This document shows positions 1 through 31,529 of a DNA stretch of 64,000 nt, in pieces. Location of the stretch: assembly GCA_051294375.1 (NCBI GenBank), contig CM119271.1, positions 13,702,372 to 13,766,371 of the forward strand, written 5' to 3'. The notes beneath the pieces are model-generated. The model saw only the letters and a program-made list of their open reading frames with translations. It ran no database searches and was not told the origin of the DNA. The stretch's first letter is position 1; every line of letters starts with the position of its first letter. This stretch comes from Paraspadella gotoi (lineage: Eukaryota; Animalia; Chaetognatha). A program made the translations under genes and the position numbers.

Positions 1-662
1 AGAGGGCAACGGCCGATCCGCGGAATAAACGACATGAGGAAAGCGAGAATCGCGTCTTCGCTTCGAAAACGAGGCTCGAATTCAAGGATTTTTTTTTCTT
101 TTTGGCGGCAGAAATTAAATGGGATCTTGAATTTATCGCTCAGACCAGCCACCCTCGCGGGCTCGAAAAGCGGAATGGGGGAAGGCGCGGGGCAGTGGAT
201 GCAATTTATGAAAGGAACAAATTTGATTTAGAACCGGTTGGTCTTTTTTGATGGAATTACCACCAGTTGAGTCGCCTTCAGTCGCCTGTTGATAACCGTT
301 GATCACTGTTTATTCCAGTGAAATGAAGTTCCGGGCGTGAGCTCGCAATCTCGTTCGTAGCTTCCGAATTTAATTTTACCTCGAAATTCCCTAAAAGGAT
401 ATTTTTTCCGCTACGATGATAAAATTTATTTGAGGAAAATTTCAGGCTATACAGTATTTAGCATTGATATTCCCAGCGAGAATTGATTATGGTTACACAA
501 ATCTCGTGGCAATCTAATGTCAGGGGCAAGATAGATTATTTAACGAACGAATGGATATTGGCTAATTCCTCTGTTAGTTTTCGAAATATGTATGTCGTAG
601 TTTGCCTTTCAAATTACAATAACCTTGTACTCCCTTTCTCTCCCCCCCCCCTCACTTAACAG

Positions 663-20176
<19,514 letters not shown>

Positions 20177-20234
20177 TTTCATTGGTTGAAATAAGGTTGT
20201 AGTGTGGACTAAAATCTACTTAACCCTTCATCAG

Positions 20235-20310
20235 CGGCCATTGGTGAAGGGGGCTAGTCATTCGCCTCCCAACTCAAAGTTCGGGAGTTCTAGCCCGGTG
20301 GCCGCCTTGT
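20235..20310 (+). repeat. tRNA-derived SINE-like head
   Basis: A-box-like TGGTGAAGGGG, B-box-like GGAGTTCTAGCCC and paired ends GCGGCCA/TGGCCGC. Similar B-box-like motifs occur near 19540 and on the minus strand at 56340-56400. Confidence 0.4.
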
Positions 20311-20817
20311 AGTTATCTATTAGGAGGGTCGGGACGCCCCTGACACGGTTTTACAATCTAATCCGAAGCTCAGGGACTGCTTATGCTTAATAAGCTGCAC
20401 TGCTTATATTGAACGGATCTGTCACTAACTCATAACAATTATTTCCGTCTTTTCAGTTGTAAAAATAACCAATCTCAGAAAATTTTAATTTTTAAAATAT
20501 CAAATTAGCTTTTCAAACCGAGTTTCGCGCTAAAAGTATAACTAAAATACCAATTTTTACCAATGTCATATCAAAATAATAATCCCGTACCAGGCCATAC
20601 GAATACGGATCAACCACCGAACAAGCCGATTCTCAACAGCCCTGGCAGCAGCGTTGAGAACGAGTGTTGCGGATCCAAGCATTACCTTACCGGACTCGTG
20701 GTCGGCACGGGTGGGTCCAGTGAATTATTTTGGCGGGAATTTTAGAGAATAGATTATTGAATTAAAAGAATACGTAGTGTAAATAAAAAGTTGAAGACTT
20801 TACATTAAGTAGCACAT

Positions 20818-21449
20818 TTAAATCCAATTTGTAGTGGTGAAGTGTTCAAAGACCCCGATATTGTGATTGAAAATCCAGTATAGCCACTTTCCCTCGCACC
20901 CTTCTTCGAACCGTTTCAGGCTCCGGCGGATCGAGCACGACTTCTGGCTGCGCAGATCTGGATTCTCTCTGCAGTGGAGATTCGCAAGTTCACACTCCAG
21001 TCGGTCACGCTCCGCCAATGTGAGACATTTGGCTTCTCGGGATGCGGGGGACTTCTTTTTTTTTAATTCAGTTAATCATGGGTTTCGAACTTCAAATTTT
21101 AATATAAATGATTGCTTGCAAGTTTTATTAGTTGATACGGTTTTCTCACTAATTTTCACACTTTGTAATTTTTTTCCAGGCCGTTTCCTCAAGAAAGGGA
21201 AAAGAGCGAAGGAACTTTGGATCATTTTCCCGCCGTAACTCACCTCTCCCTTCCGTGTATCGGAGGTTCACAAGGCGTGGGGCATTTATCTGTGATAAAG
21301 GAACAGTCACCGAGGGAGGAAACCGCTTTGTAGCATTGGGTGCGGGGATGTGAACAAAGAATTTGCGACAGCTGCCAGGATTCAACTGTGAAACTTATCG
21401 TGACCTCTTTATCGGTTTTAATGAATGGAAGTGCCGCGGTCTTGTTCAT
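20818..21449 (-). CDS. Possible small Cys-rich protein (2 or more exons), function unknown
   Basis: ORF 21449-21244 ends at a GTGAGT donor. A downstream frame KCLTLAERDRLECELANLHC...EEGCEGKW runs to a stop at 20818. No family recognised. Confidence 0.3.
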
Positions 21450-22403
21450 TGCTATTGGAAAACAAAAATGAGTACCATTGATGTTTCTACAGTCAGTGGA
21501 ATAGTCATTTGTTCACATTTTGTTTTTTAATCACTTCATTTTGTGTCCGGAGCTTTTTTTTTCCCCCTTTTAGTTAAAAACTTAAAATAACATTGGAATA
21601 TAAGTTTCAAAATTCCTGTGACAATTGTAACAAGTGAATTGCCTTGTCCATGTAACGTTGGTTTGTCTTTTCTACCCAGACTGTTAATAATAAAAACAAA
21701 ACATTAAACTATTAATCCTAACCGTTTTTCATAAATCGACTCGCACCGTTTATACACATTATCAGGATTGTGCACTGGTTTTATGGGTTATTGCACAAAA
21801 CGTATTGCATCATTTAATCCGCCCCAATCGTTTGAAATTGATATTGTTTGTACAATGTACATGTCAATAAAATGCGGAATCAAATTTGCATATCTTGTTT
21901 TTATTTTTCAATACAGTGTTCAGGAATAACGGAATAAATATTTAACTTATCATTTGTAATATTAAACTTAGTAATTTAGCTTTAGAAATTGTATCGTTAA
22001 AATCCTTCAACTTTTGAGTTGATAAGCAAAATTTTGATATTTAAAATTTAAATAGAATTTACAAAATTTATATAAAATGTCATTTATTTAAAAGAATTTT
22101 TTTAAATAATTTTATTTTAAATGGCTTCTATTCAAATTTCAATACTCAAGTAGCGTACATGGAAAAACAAAACGAGTCAATTGCTAGATGCAAATGTATT
22201 TTATGAAAAAAAGGAGATTTGTAAAATGGTTTACAAAACAATCAATATCCAAAAAAACAATTAATCTGAAAAGTCTTTAAATGAACTAACTAGTATGAAA
22301 ATGGTAAACCATCATAAAAAGTAATGAAGTAACCGTCTAACTAGTATGAGATTGGTCCAACAAATATAAAGAATCAAAGTAAAGACTAGAGCGACCCTTT
22401 CGG

Positions 22404-25400
22404 TCAATCCTTCAAGTCTCTCAGGAGCAGATAATCGATCAACTTGGGAGGCAAAATATGTCGGGGAGAAATACATGTTGATTCGGAGAAGGCGCTACGA
22501 ATCCTGTGAGAATACATGTTCTTCCTGATGACCCTTCTCGCAAATTCCATCAGCGACGGAGGCTCGTAATACCTGAAAAAATAAAGAATAATATAAAATA
22601 AATTCACGTATTAAAAATTTATTAATTATGAATTTAATTTGTAACAAGTCATCAATCCATTTTTTAGAATTACTAAGCAAAAAGTTCTTTACATTTTTTT
22701 GGCCAAATTTGGAGAGCAAAACACGTTGCAATTTTTTTTTTATTATTAAGTTTAATAACAAGTTAATTGGAAGAATAACAACAAAATGATTAGAAAGTAA
22801 TTATTATAATCTTACGTGAAGCAAAGAAGGCACTTGATCCCGAACCGCTCCTCCACGACGCATTGCTCCCGCGCATGCGCGTGCAGCGCCACCATCCGTT
22901 CGCCGACGGAGACTGAAACGCGAGCGAGGCCGATGCGGGCCCCAGCGAAACTGATCAGCGTTCCGGAGAAGAGATCTTCCGCGCGAAGGGCGTAGTGAAG
23001 AGCATTAGACTTGTACATAGTTCGGTCTCGTCTCGGTGAAAAGACGTGGGCGCCGTTTTGAATAAGCGCGAGGACCTTGAATGCCAAAAAAAAAATGTAT
23101 ATGACATATTAATTGCCATATATGTAAAGATATATATACAGAGTCAGAGAGAGAGTGAAAGAGAGAAGACTAAGCCTTGGCCCCTTTCACCAACATGAAT
23201 CTCAAAAGGTTTCTTTTTCACATTTTTTAATGCATCAGTCATGAGTCTGGACATCCGTGTAGACCGTCCTCGCTAAGGCACTTTCTTAGGTCACAGTTTA
23301 TACGGTGAATTCATAGTTAATAGTAAAATGTATTAAAATGTGTTAAAAAGATAACTTACCACCTCAACCACGTCAAAGTTTAGAAGAACCATGAGCTCTT
23401 GCTGTTGCATCGCCGTGCGACACACCAACTCTAACACCGTTTCTCCAGTCCTATAACACACCTGATAAAAAGAAGACAAAGATTGGTTTACAATCGTCAG
23501 CACAAACGCATGAAAATGGTGTTGTAAACCGTATTTTAGAAGATAACGACATATTTCGACATCTTGTAGAAAAACGGGGCATATTTGTGGATATATTGAA
23601 TAAACATGATAACAAACGCGTTAAAAATGTTTATTGAACTGGTTTTTCGCAAATTGTCGACATATTTTGACATATTGTCGACATTAATCAAAGTAGTTAA
23701 TAAATAAGCTAATAAAACAACAACAAAAAATCTAAGGCCCTTTTCCCCCCAGAAACCAAGTTTGGATTGTAGTCGAGTTTTTCCAAGAGATGTCGAGTGA
23801 GTGAGACGACGCCGACGTATCGTGATCTGCAGCAAGAAGAGTAGGGGTTGTCATCGGCCCTGCGACATTTTTTTGGGGGGGACGGACGATGGGGATGGAA
23901 TATGGGCGTGGCCGATATTCGTCGTCGCTCCTCGCAAACATTCGACGACTCACCTGATTGCCTGAGTAAAAATAGCGTGAAGGAGGGGAACGCCAGCGAT
24001 GGGGTTTTCCAGGGCGAAGTCTCTGTAGAAAGAAGAGACTGAAACGAGAGACTCCAAGGATGAATTAAGGTAGAGGATGTCCCGAGAGTATTCGACCGGC
24101 GGAAGGAGATATTGACAGGTCCCGAGATCGAGACTCGCTGGAGTACGAAATGAAAATTAAACAAATTTAAAGCTAAAACCTTTTCCCCCGAAAGACTCAC
24201 CCAAGGCGTAATGAAAAGGAAAGTTCCCCCTTTTGTCTTTAGCAACGATGGAGGCGTTTCCGTTAACGACGAGCGACTCGACGACGGTCCGCGACCAAGA
24301 TCCCGCCGCCACGTGGAGCGGAGTTCGACCGAATGAGTCGACCAGAGTCAAGTCCCAGGGTTCGGCGGGTGGAAGTCGTGGAAATAAAATTCCTTGCTGA
24401 AGAGTTTCCTGCGCTTCAACGTTCGTGGAGATAACCAGGTTCATGTCGCGGAGAGTTCGCGCCCTGACTCCTTCCACTCGATCTCGAAGGTTGAGTGGGT
24501 AAATGCCCACGGCGTTGCGGGGGCCCCGGCGGGCGGCGAAGAGGCAGTGGAGAGGAGTCAATCTGTTACAAAATTAGTTATAATTTTTGAATTGCAAAAA
24601 AATGTTTATCCCTGTTAAAACGTGTTAAAATATATTTTCAAAGCTCTATCATCTGCCGATGTCTTTTTTATGAGTATTTTTTATTTAAAAAAATTATTAT
24701 TTTAAATTATTTTTTATTATTTTCAAACTTTTTCAAACTTTTTCACTAAAATAAAATATCATTTCTCTTTTTAATTCCCTATTTTTTTTATATATCATTA
24801 TAAACATTATTATTTTTAAATTTTAATTACTTAAAACCGCCGGACCGACAAAACATAACATTTACCCGTCCCGGCATTGTACGTTCCGCTTCGTCCGAGG
24901 ATCCTTCAGCAGAAAAAGAAGAGAATCCAGCTGAAGACTCGAGGCTGCGTAGTGAAGCGGCGTTCGACCGAGCGAGTCGCGGGCGTTCACGTCCATGCCT
25001 TGCTCGACGAGCCAAGAGACGGGCTTCGCGCCGCTCGTTCGCCAGCCCCTCGCCGCGAAGTGGAGGAGAGTCAGTCGGTCGGGGGATCGGGCGACGTTTT
25101 GCCTCCAATCTGGACGCAAAATTCGATCTTTGTTGATTTTTTTTTTATATTAAGTATTACTTCCTTCGAAAATCTCAAAATCGAGCAAACCTATCGAGTT
25201 AGCGGAAGAGCCAGAAATCTCCACCCTAGAGTTTGCAGATCTGAAGGCAGATCTGGAGCTGGAGGCAGAGTTCGGGAGTGGGGCAACGGTGAAGTCATCA
25301 TCTTCCGAAATTTCGATTTCAACTTCGTAAAAGTAATTCAAGTAACCTTTAAAGAGAATATTTTAGGTTACATAGTATTATAGCGCATATATTAACGCTT

Positions 25401-25547
25401 CATTATCTTTATCTCTCCTCAAGTTTTACCATCGGCGACGAAGTCATTTAACTTGATTCGATGCCTGTTCAGCAATCGCTGTAAGGTCTTAAAGTTACAC
25501 TGACAAAGATGGTTCAAAACCTCTCGGCGAAGCGTCTTATCATCCAT
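22404..25547 (-). CDS. Ankyrin repeat and SOCS-box protein (ASB-like)
   Basis: ATG at 25547 (MDDKTLRREVLNHL) and about 9 exons. Ankyrin motifs are LTLLHFAARG, GMDVNARDSLGRTPLHYAA, DSFGRTPLHVAA, DKRGNFPFHYA and NALHYAL. The terminal exon 22572-22404 encodes a SOCS box (EPPSLMEFARRVIR...LPPKLIDYLL). Confidence 0.85.
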
Positions 25548-25957
25548 GTCTATTGTAATGTCTAAGGTTTAGTGTAATGTCTAAGCGAGGAGGACGGACT
25601 AGCTGCAGGAGCGCGACAGAGTTTAGAGGATGAAGGACATCATGCTTGACTTTTGCTGAAAAGGACAATACCGTCAATAAACATGATAAATAGCCTTAAA
25701 AAAAAACAAAAAAACTCGATTTAAAAAAGAACATGTATAGTGTACAATTAAAATGTTAACCTTCGTGCTTGAACTGGACAATCTAAAATAGCTAGCAGAA
25801 AGTAGCTGCTCTAAAAGGTGATTGGCGGGGGTTGAGACAATTTCTCACGAGAATTCCCCGTCAAAATCCGCTGACAGGGAACCATCATATTTTAATAATA
25901 ATAAAAATAAATATACTGGCAAGAATATTTTTTTTTAATTTAAAGACATCGTCGATA

Positions 25958-28900
25958 TCATCTTTCGACGGCCGTCGGCGGCGAAGCGTTTGCCGATGAC
26001 GAGTCTTCTTCGTCGTCATCATCGACGACGCCGTCAAAACGTCTCGGCCTCGAAGCGGCGTCGTTTTTAATTTCCGAGGACGCCGCTTGCATCGACGGCG
26101 CATCGTCGACGTCCGACTTCATGACGCCGTGGTCGACGGAACGATCGCTCGTCCGACCGTCGCTGTCCGATCCGCAGTCGATCCCGGCGTCTTCCGATTC
26201 TTCTTCTCGGCGATCGGCGTCGACGACAGCGGCAGCGCCTCCGTCGTCGCCGCCGCGAGCGTTAGAAAACGATTGTTCGGCCTCTTCCGTCGGTGGCAGC
26301 GGGCCGACAGAGTGGAACCAACCGAAGGACGAGGAGGGAGACTCCGCCGTCGGCGAAAGGCTGCAGGACATCATGGCCGCCACGGCGTCGGCACCGGAGG
26401 GAGAACGGCGTCGTGGGCGGACTTTTCGACGATAGGCGGTGGTGGCGTTTGCGGCGGCGTTTAACGTCTTCCCCGCGTAATATGTGAAGGGAGAAGCTGG
26501 AAAATAAAGGAAAAATTGAAGCGAGTTTACGAAAAATATGATTGATGCGGAAATGGCGAAAAACTCACCCCCGACGCATCGAGCTCCTTTCCCTCCTTCG
26601 CCCGCCTCCACCCACTCTTCCGCTCGTTCGATCCTCGAAGCTCCTCGAAGCAAAGTCTCGATGGCCGTCGTGTCCGGCGGCCGCGTCGTCGTCGTCGTCT
26701 TGGCCAGCACCGGACAGCATCGCTGATGCAGACCTTGCTCCACCCGGATGTGGAGCGAATAGAGGGACGCGAGTTTGGCGATTTGATCACGTTCCCTCTT
26801 CGTCATCGGAGGAAGCCAGAGCTCTTCCATCTGCAATGAGAAAAGTTCGTGTTTTCGGTAAATAAAAGCTTTTTGGGCGTGGAGATCCTCAATTTACTCT
26901 TACCTGTTGATCCTGAAGGAATCGATTTACTTTCTCGTTGATCTGGGCGAGAGAGAACCCGCGCCGCGTCTCTCCCTTAGCGCCGCGAGATTCGGACCAT
27001 CGGCGCCGCCCAGTGCGGAGAGGTCGAGAGCAGACCACGCTCTGATTGGGTCCGACGGTGATCCTCTTGGCGCCGGGGCTCTTCATCATTCCGCCCGCTC
27101 TTTTTCCGCAAGATTTCCTGGTGCCGTCGACCGAGGATCTGCGTTGAAGAGACGCAGTTCCCTCGAATCCTTCGCCTTAAATTGGAAATTTAAATTTGTT
27201 TAATGTTTATTCTTGATTATCAAAATATATATATATCAATCCGATATACAACATCCTCCTCAGCCCTCGGCCCCTCACCCAAACTGGCGAATCCGTTCCA
27301 GACGTTGGTGAGGGTGACGTCTCTCTCGCTGTCGTTTTTCGTGGGCGTGGTCGTTTGTCCCGCGCCGATGGTCGAGTTGTTAGAGTCTTCGTTGTCCCAC
27401 CAAGGAATCGCGTCCCGGACTGTCGTTCCCGATTCTGTCCAATAAATCCAACTTTTAACATACTTAAGACTTAATAAATTCATAATTACAATTTTTTTTA
27501 CGAATCCTCGCCTTGAACAATAGTCGTGGCAGAGTCCGACGACATCAACGTTTTCCCTTGTATTTTACAACATCCAAGAGTTCGGCCTTGACTCTGAATG
27601 GCGGCGTCCTCAATGGACATGGCTGCAGAATCGTCCCAATCTGGGCTCATGGAAACCGAGCCTTTTCGTCGGGGACGTCCGTCTAAGGATCGATTAATTT
27701 ATTATTATTTTATTTATTATTTATTTATTTATTATTTCCGCTGTCTCACTGGCAAGCCTCGACGATTCGTCAACGACCTCGTCGTATCCAGGCCAATCAG
27801 AGAGTTCGTCGTCGCCGTCGTCGCCGCCTTCGTCGTTGGAGAGAGCGCCCCGATGATCACTCGGCGAGGAACTCCAAGAGGAACTAAGCTCAAGATCCGA
27901 ATCGTCGCCTGAAAAAAAGGTTCTTAATCTCATTTGCATAGTGCAAAACTTGGAATTCTTCATTATTTAATCATAGATTATTTAGGTTTTGTTATGAATA
28001 CTATGACCTTTAATTGCCGTCCTAAAATTGTCAGATATTACATACACATAAAACATATTCTGATCAATGACCAACCAGAAAATTCCATGTCATCTTTTTC
28101 TAATAAGTCTTTCCTTCTTCTATTATCGTTGTCCTCATCGTCGACAAAGTTTTCCGATGCGCGTCGATCCTTGACCGTTCTCTTTCGTTTGACGGCGCCT
28201 AAAGAAAACAATTATAATAACTATTATACAAAACAAAATTATTGAATGACCAATACAGAAGCTAAGAAAGCAATTCTAACCCATTTACCGGCCAAAAAAA
28301 AGTCAATGTCGTTCAGTTTTGCTTTAATAGGATCTTTGAGCTTCTTGAAACTGGATTTTGAAAAGTCGCTCTGAAAAGAGAGCAAAGGATTATTATTAGG
28401 ACTACAGAGGGCGTTAAAATCCAACGCATCCCCCCACAAACTGACCTGTTTGAAAGACGGGGGAAGGCGAGAGACGATCTGGTCGTCGTCGTCGTCGCCG
28501 ACTTGACGTCGAGGCGAAGAGAAGCTTTTGTCGTCGAGACAAGATGGCGCGGTGAGTAGAGGTTGCGTAACCTCCATCGACATCCGCGTCATCTTACGGC
28601 GTCGTCTGGAAAGAAAAAGACAACTTTTAATAAACATTTGTAATTATTGTCAAATCCAAAAGCATCGAACCTGTGCGGTCGAATCGGCGTAAAAGTCTCG
28701 GTGCCCGTGGAGACGTCAAAGTCGTCGCCGTCCTTCGTCAGAGCGGCGCCAAAGTGTCCCTTCTGTCTGTTCTTAGAAGCGTCAGAAGACGCGGCGGCGC
28801 CGGCGACGCCAGCGTCGACGGTTGGAGTCAACGGTTTAGCGGTCGACGTCGCCTGGCGGCAGGAAAGAGACTCGCAAGGTTTGATGGCGCCGTGGTCGTC

Positions 28901-30119
28901 GACGCAACAACCTCGTCGGTCTTCCTTGCAATGCTGGAGACACTGAGGACGATCCTTTTGAGAAGACGATTGTCTTTGTTGCCTCTGAGAGTTTTGGGCG
29001 GAAGATTGAAGGCGATGACAAGAGCGTTGAAGCTGTTGCCATTTAGGGCAGAGGGAGACGGCTTCGTTGTCCTCGGATTGATCGGACGGGTCCACGCTCT
29101 GTTCAACGCTCGGGGTCGTGCCTAAAGATGACGATGAAGACTGGGTAATAATATTACATGAATATCACATGGGTGAAGGACGGAGTCGCCACTGTCACCG
29201 GTTGTGTTGGCGGTGTGATGATGATGTTGACGAAAACCCGAGCGATGGACGGGATTAGATGACGATGGCGAAGAAAATGGAAGACTTAAAAGAAGAGGAT
29301 CGTCGCTGTCACCGTTTCGCCTTTAAAATAGCCGTTTTAAATTTGATTAGAAATCATTACTACTGACTTAAATGGTATAATTAATGGTCTAAGGTTATAG
29401 GTGGACGGGATAATCTTTGGTTTGATCATGGCGAAACACGAATAGTATGTAGATTATTATGTAAAGATCGACTAATTAATTCATTGACAGAATATAAATA
29501 TTTAACAAAAGACCCTTCCTCTTTCCTTCACTTATCCTATCCCACACCTCAACATCGCGGCGTGGCCGTTCCTCGACCCCAACTCGTCCATTGAAGATTC
29601 CGACAAATCGCTGGCCGCCTTAGCGACCGACTTCTTGTGCATTTTATAGTGCTGCGCCGCGCCGCAATTGTCGCATCCGCGGCGCCGACAGGGGGATACT
29701 TGAAAGAGGAAGGAACGCCGACTTTATTTTTTAAATGTCTTCGTGGTTACTATACAATTTATTAATTATAACAAGTTTTGGCAACATATTGCGCTACCTC
29801 CAACGTTTGATGAGGTGACAGCCTTTATGCTTGGGTCTGATCGTCGCCTCAAATTTCGTAAACGTCTCTTTCTTGGGTGACGGCGCAGACCGCCTGATCA
29901 ATGAATGAATGTATGAATGAATAGTTCCGGAATGGGTCAAATTCAAATTAATGGGATACCGTCTTTGATGGAGTCGACAGCGGCCGTGGCGCCGCTCTCC
30001 TCCAGCGCCAGCGTCAGATCGGCGACGAGATCTTCCATCTTGTTACCGCGGGCGCCGCGACGGGACTCGCGCCCGTAGACCGTCAACGCTTCGAACTCTT
30101 GGACGATGTTATTTTCCAT
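25958..30119 (-). CDS. GPATCH2/GPATCH2L-like protein with an R3H-like domain, multi-exon
   Basis: The N-terminal MEDLVADLTLALEES followed by basic RKRR matches the GPATCH2-family N-terminus, then Ser/Asp-rich low-complexity exons. LAQINEKVNRFLQDQQMEELWLPPMTKRERDQIAKLASLYSL (about 26960-26750) is R3H-like. Stop at 25958. Confidence 0.7.
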
Positions 30120-31529
30120 GATCTTCGGGATCTCAGTTTGTTTAGAATAGATATGAATTAATATTAATTTCCACCAGAACTTTTTTTTGTCCGAAGATAT
30201 AACCGTCACGGGCGTTAAAAGTCCAGCGTCACTCTCCCATTCCCGATTTCGGCCTCTGTCCTCAAACTTTTCCCCATTTTCCACTTTCTCCTCGTTTAGA
30301 CAAGTTTTTAAATAACTTAATCGCTTAAAAAAACATCATTCAGCGCGAGAAAGCATTTAATTTATATCGAGATCACGTGATTTTTCTTGTTTTTTGTCTT
30401 TGACATTTTAGTAAAATGTTTCAGGTTTTTATTGGGGAAATTCGAGTTATTGGGTTCGATTCTTGATGCCATTGTAACAATGTAAAATATTAACCTAAAA
30501 TCAAAATGGTCAATTAAAAAGACTTATTGAATTTTAACAATTAATAATCCTTGATTAAAATATTTTAATGTGAGATTATCGTAGCTTTAGGCATTTAACA
30601 ATAACAAATTTAGGGGGTTCTCTCACATCTAGTCACATCAAGCTAACAATTGTATTTAAAATTGATGCTAATGCAGAGTACCATCTAATATTCAAAAGTT
30701 TATACTATTAAAACTGTTCATAAAAGTATAATACCCCTTCAATGGTTGGGAGGCCAAGTTTAGCCGAGTTATTAAATTTAATTAATTATGAGAGAATCTT
30801 GATTGAATTTGAAAGATTGCGGGGGACGTCATGTTATGTTATAATCTTGTAAGTGGATGGAGGCCTTAACCCGCCATAACCTGTTCAAAATCAGGAAGCA
30901 AAATAGCTTATTAATAGATTAAATAGATAATTTTATATTATAATAAATTATATTTTATCTTATTTTATCGTTAAATTGCCACTTTTGTCCACAAGTTCCC
31001 TCTGTTACGCTCTCCGTCTTCTCAAAATGAATTCCCCCTTCATCTCCCTCTTCAACGGAACAAATGAACCTCTGAAGACAAAAACGAGAAAAAAAGGAGG
31101 AGGAAGTCGTCGTCGTCGTCGTCTTCACCCCTCGTCCTCCTCTTCGTCCTCGTCGTCGTCGTCGTACCAAGAAAGAAGGAACCCACTTTTTTTGTCTCCT
31201 GCGTCATCAATGCCTTCGTCGGCGACGACGACGACGACGCAGATGTCACGCCCGTGACCCCGGACCTCCGGTCCAGTCTCGGACCCTCTATTCCGTCTCT
31301 CTAAGTCCACGAAAAGGAGACGCTTTGTTACGCGAGGGCGTTTTCGTGACCTGGCATCGGTGCGATGCGCAATATATTTATGTGCGGAAATATATGCGTT
31401 ACATAATCGGGAATATGCGATCGTGAGACATATTGGTTCCTTTTTTTCACGAAATGCGTGAATCATGTAGAACTGCTTCGTCAGACGTTGAAAGTGACTG
31501 ATCCTTATTGCATTTCATCGTCTTTTATC

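Noticed and set aside
30976-31304. GC-rich ORF-like block upstream of the zinc-finger gene
   Set aside because: It is low-complexity (TCG/GAC repeats) and has no clear splice link or domain. It may be UTR or promoter, so it is left uncalled.
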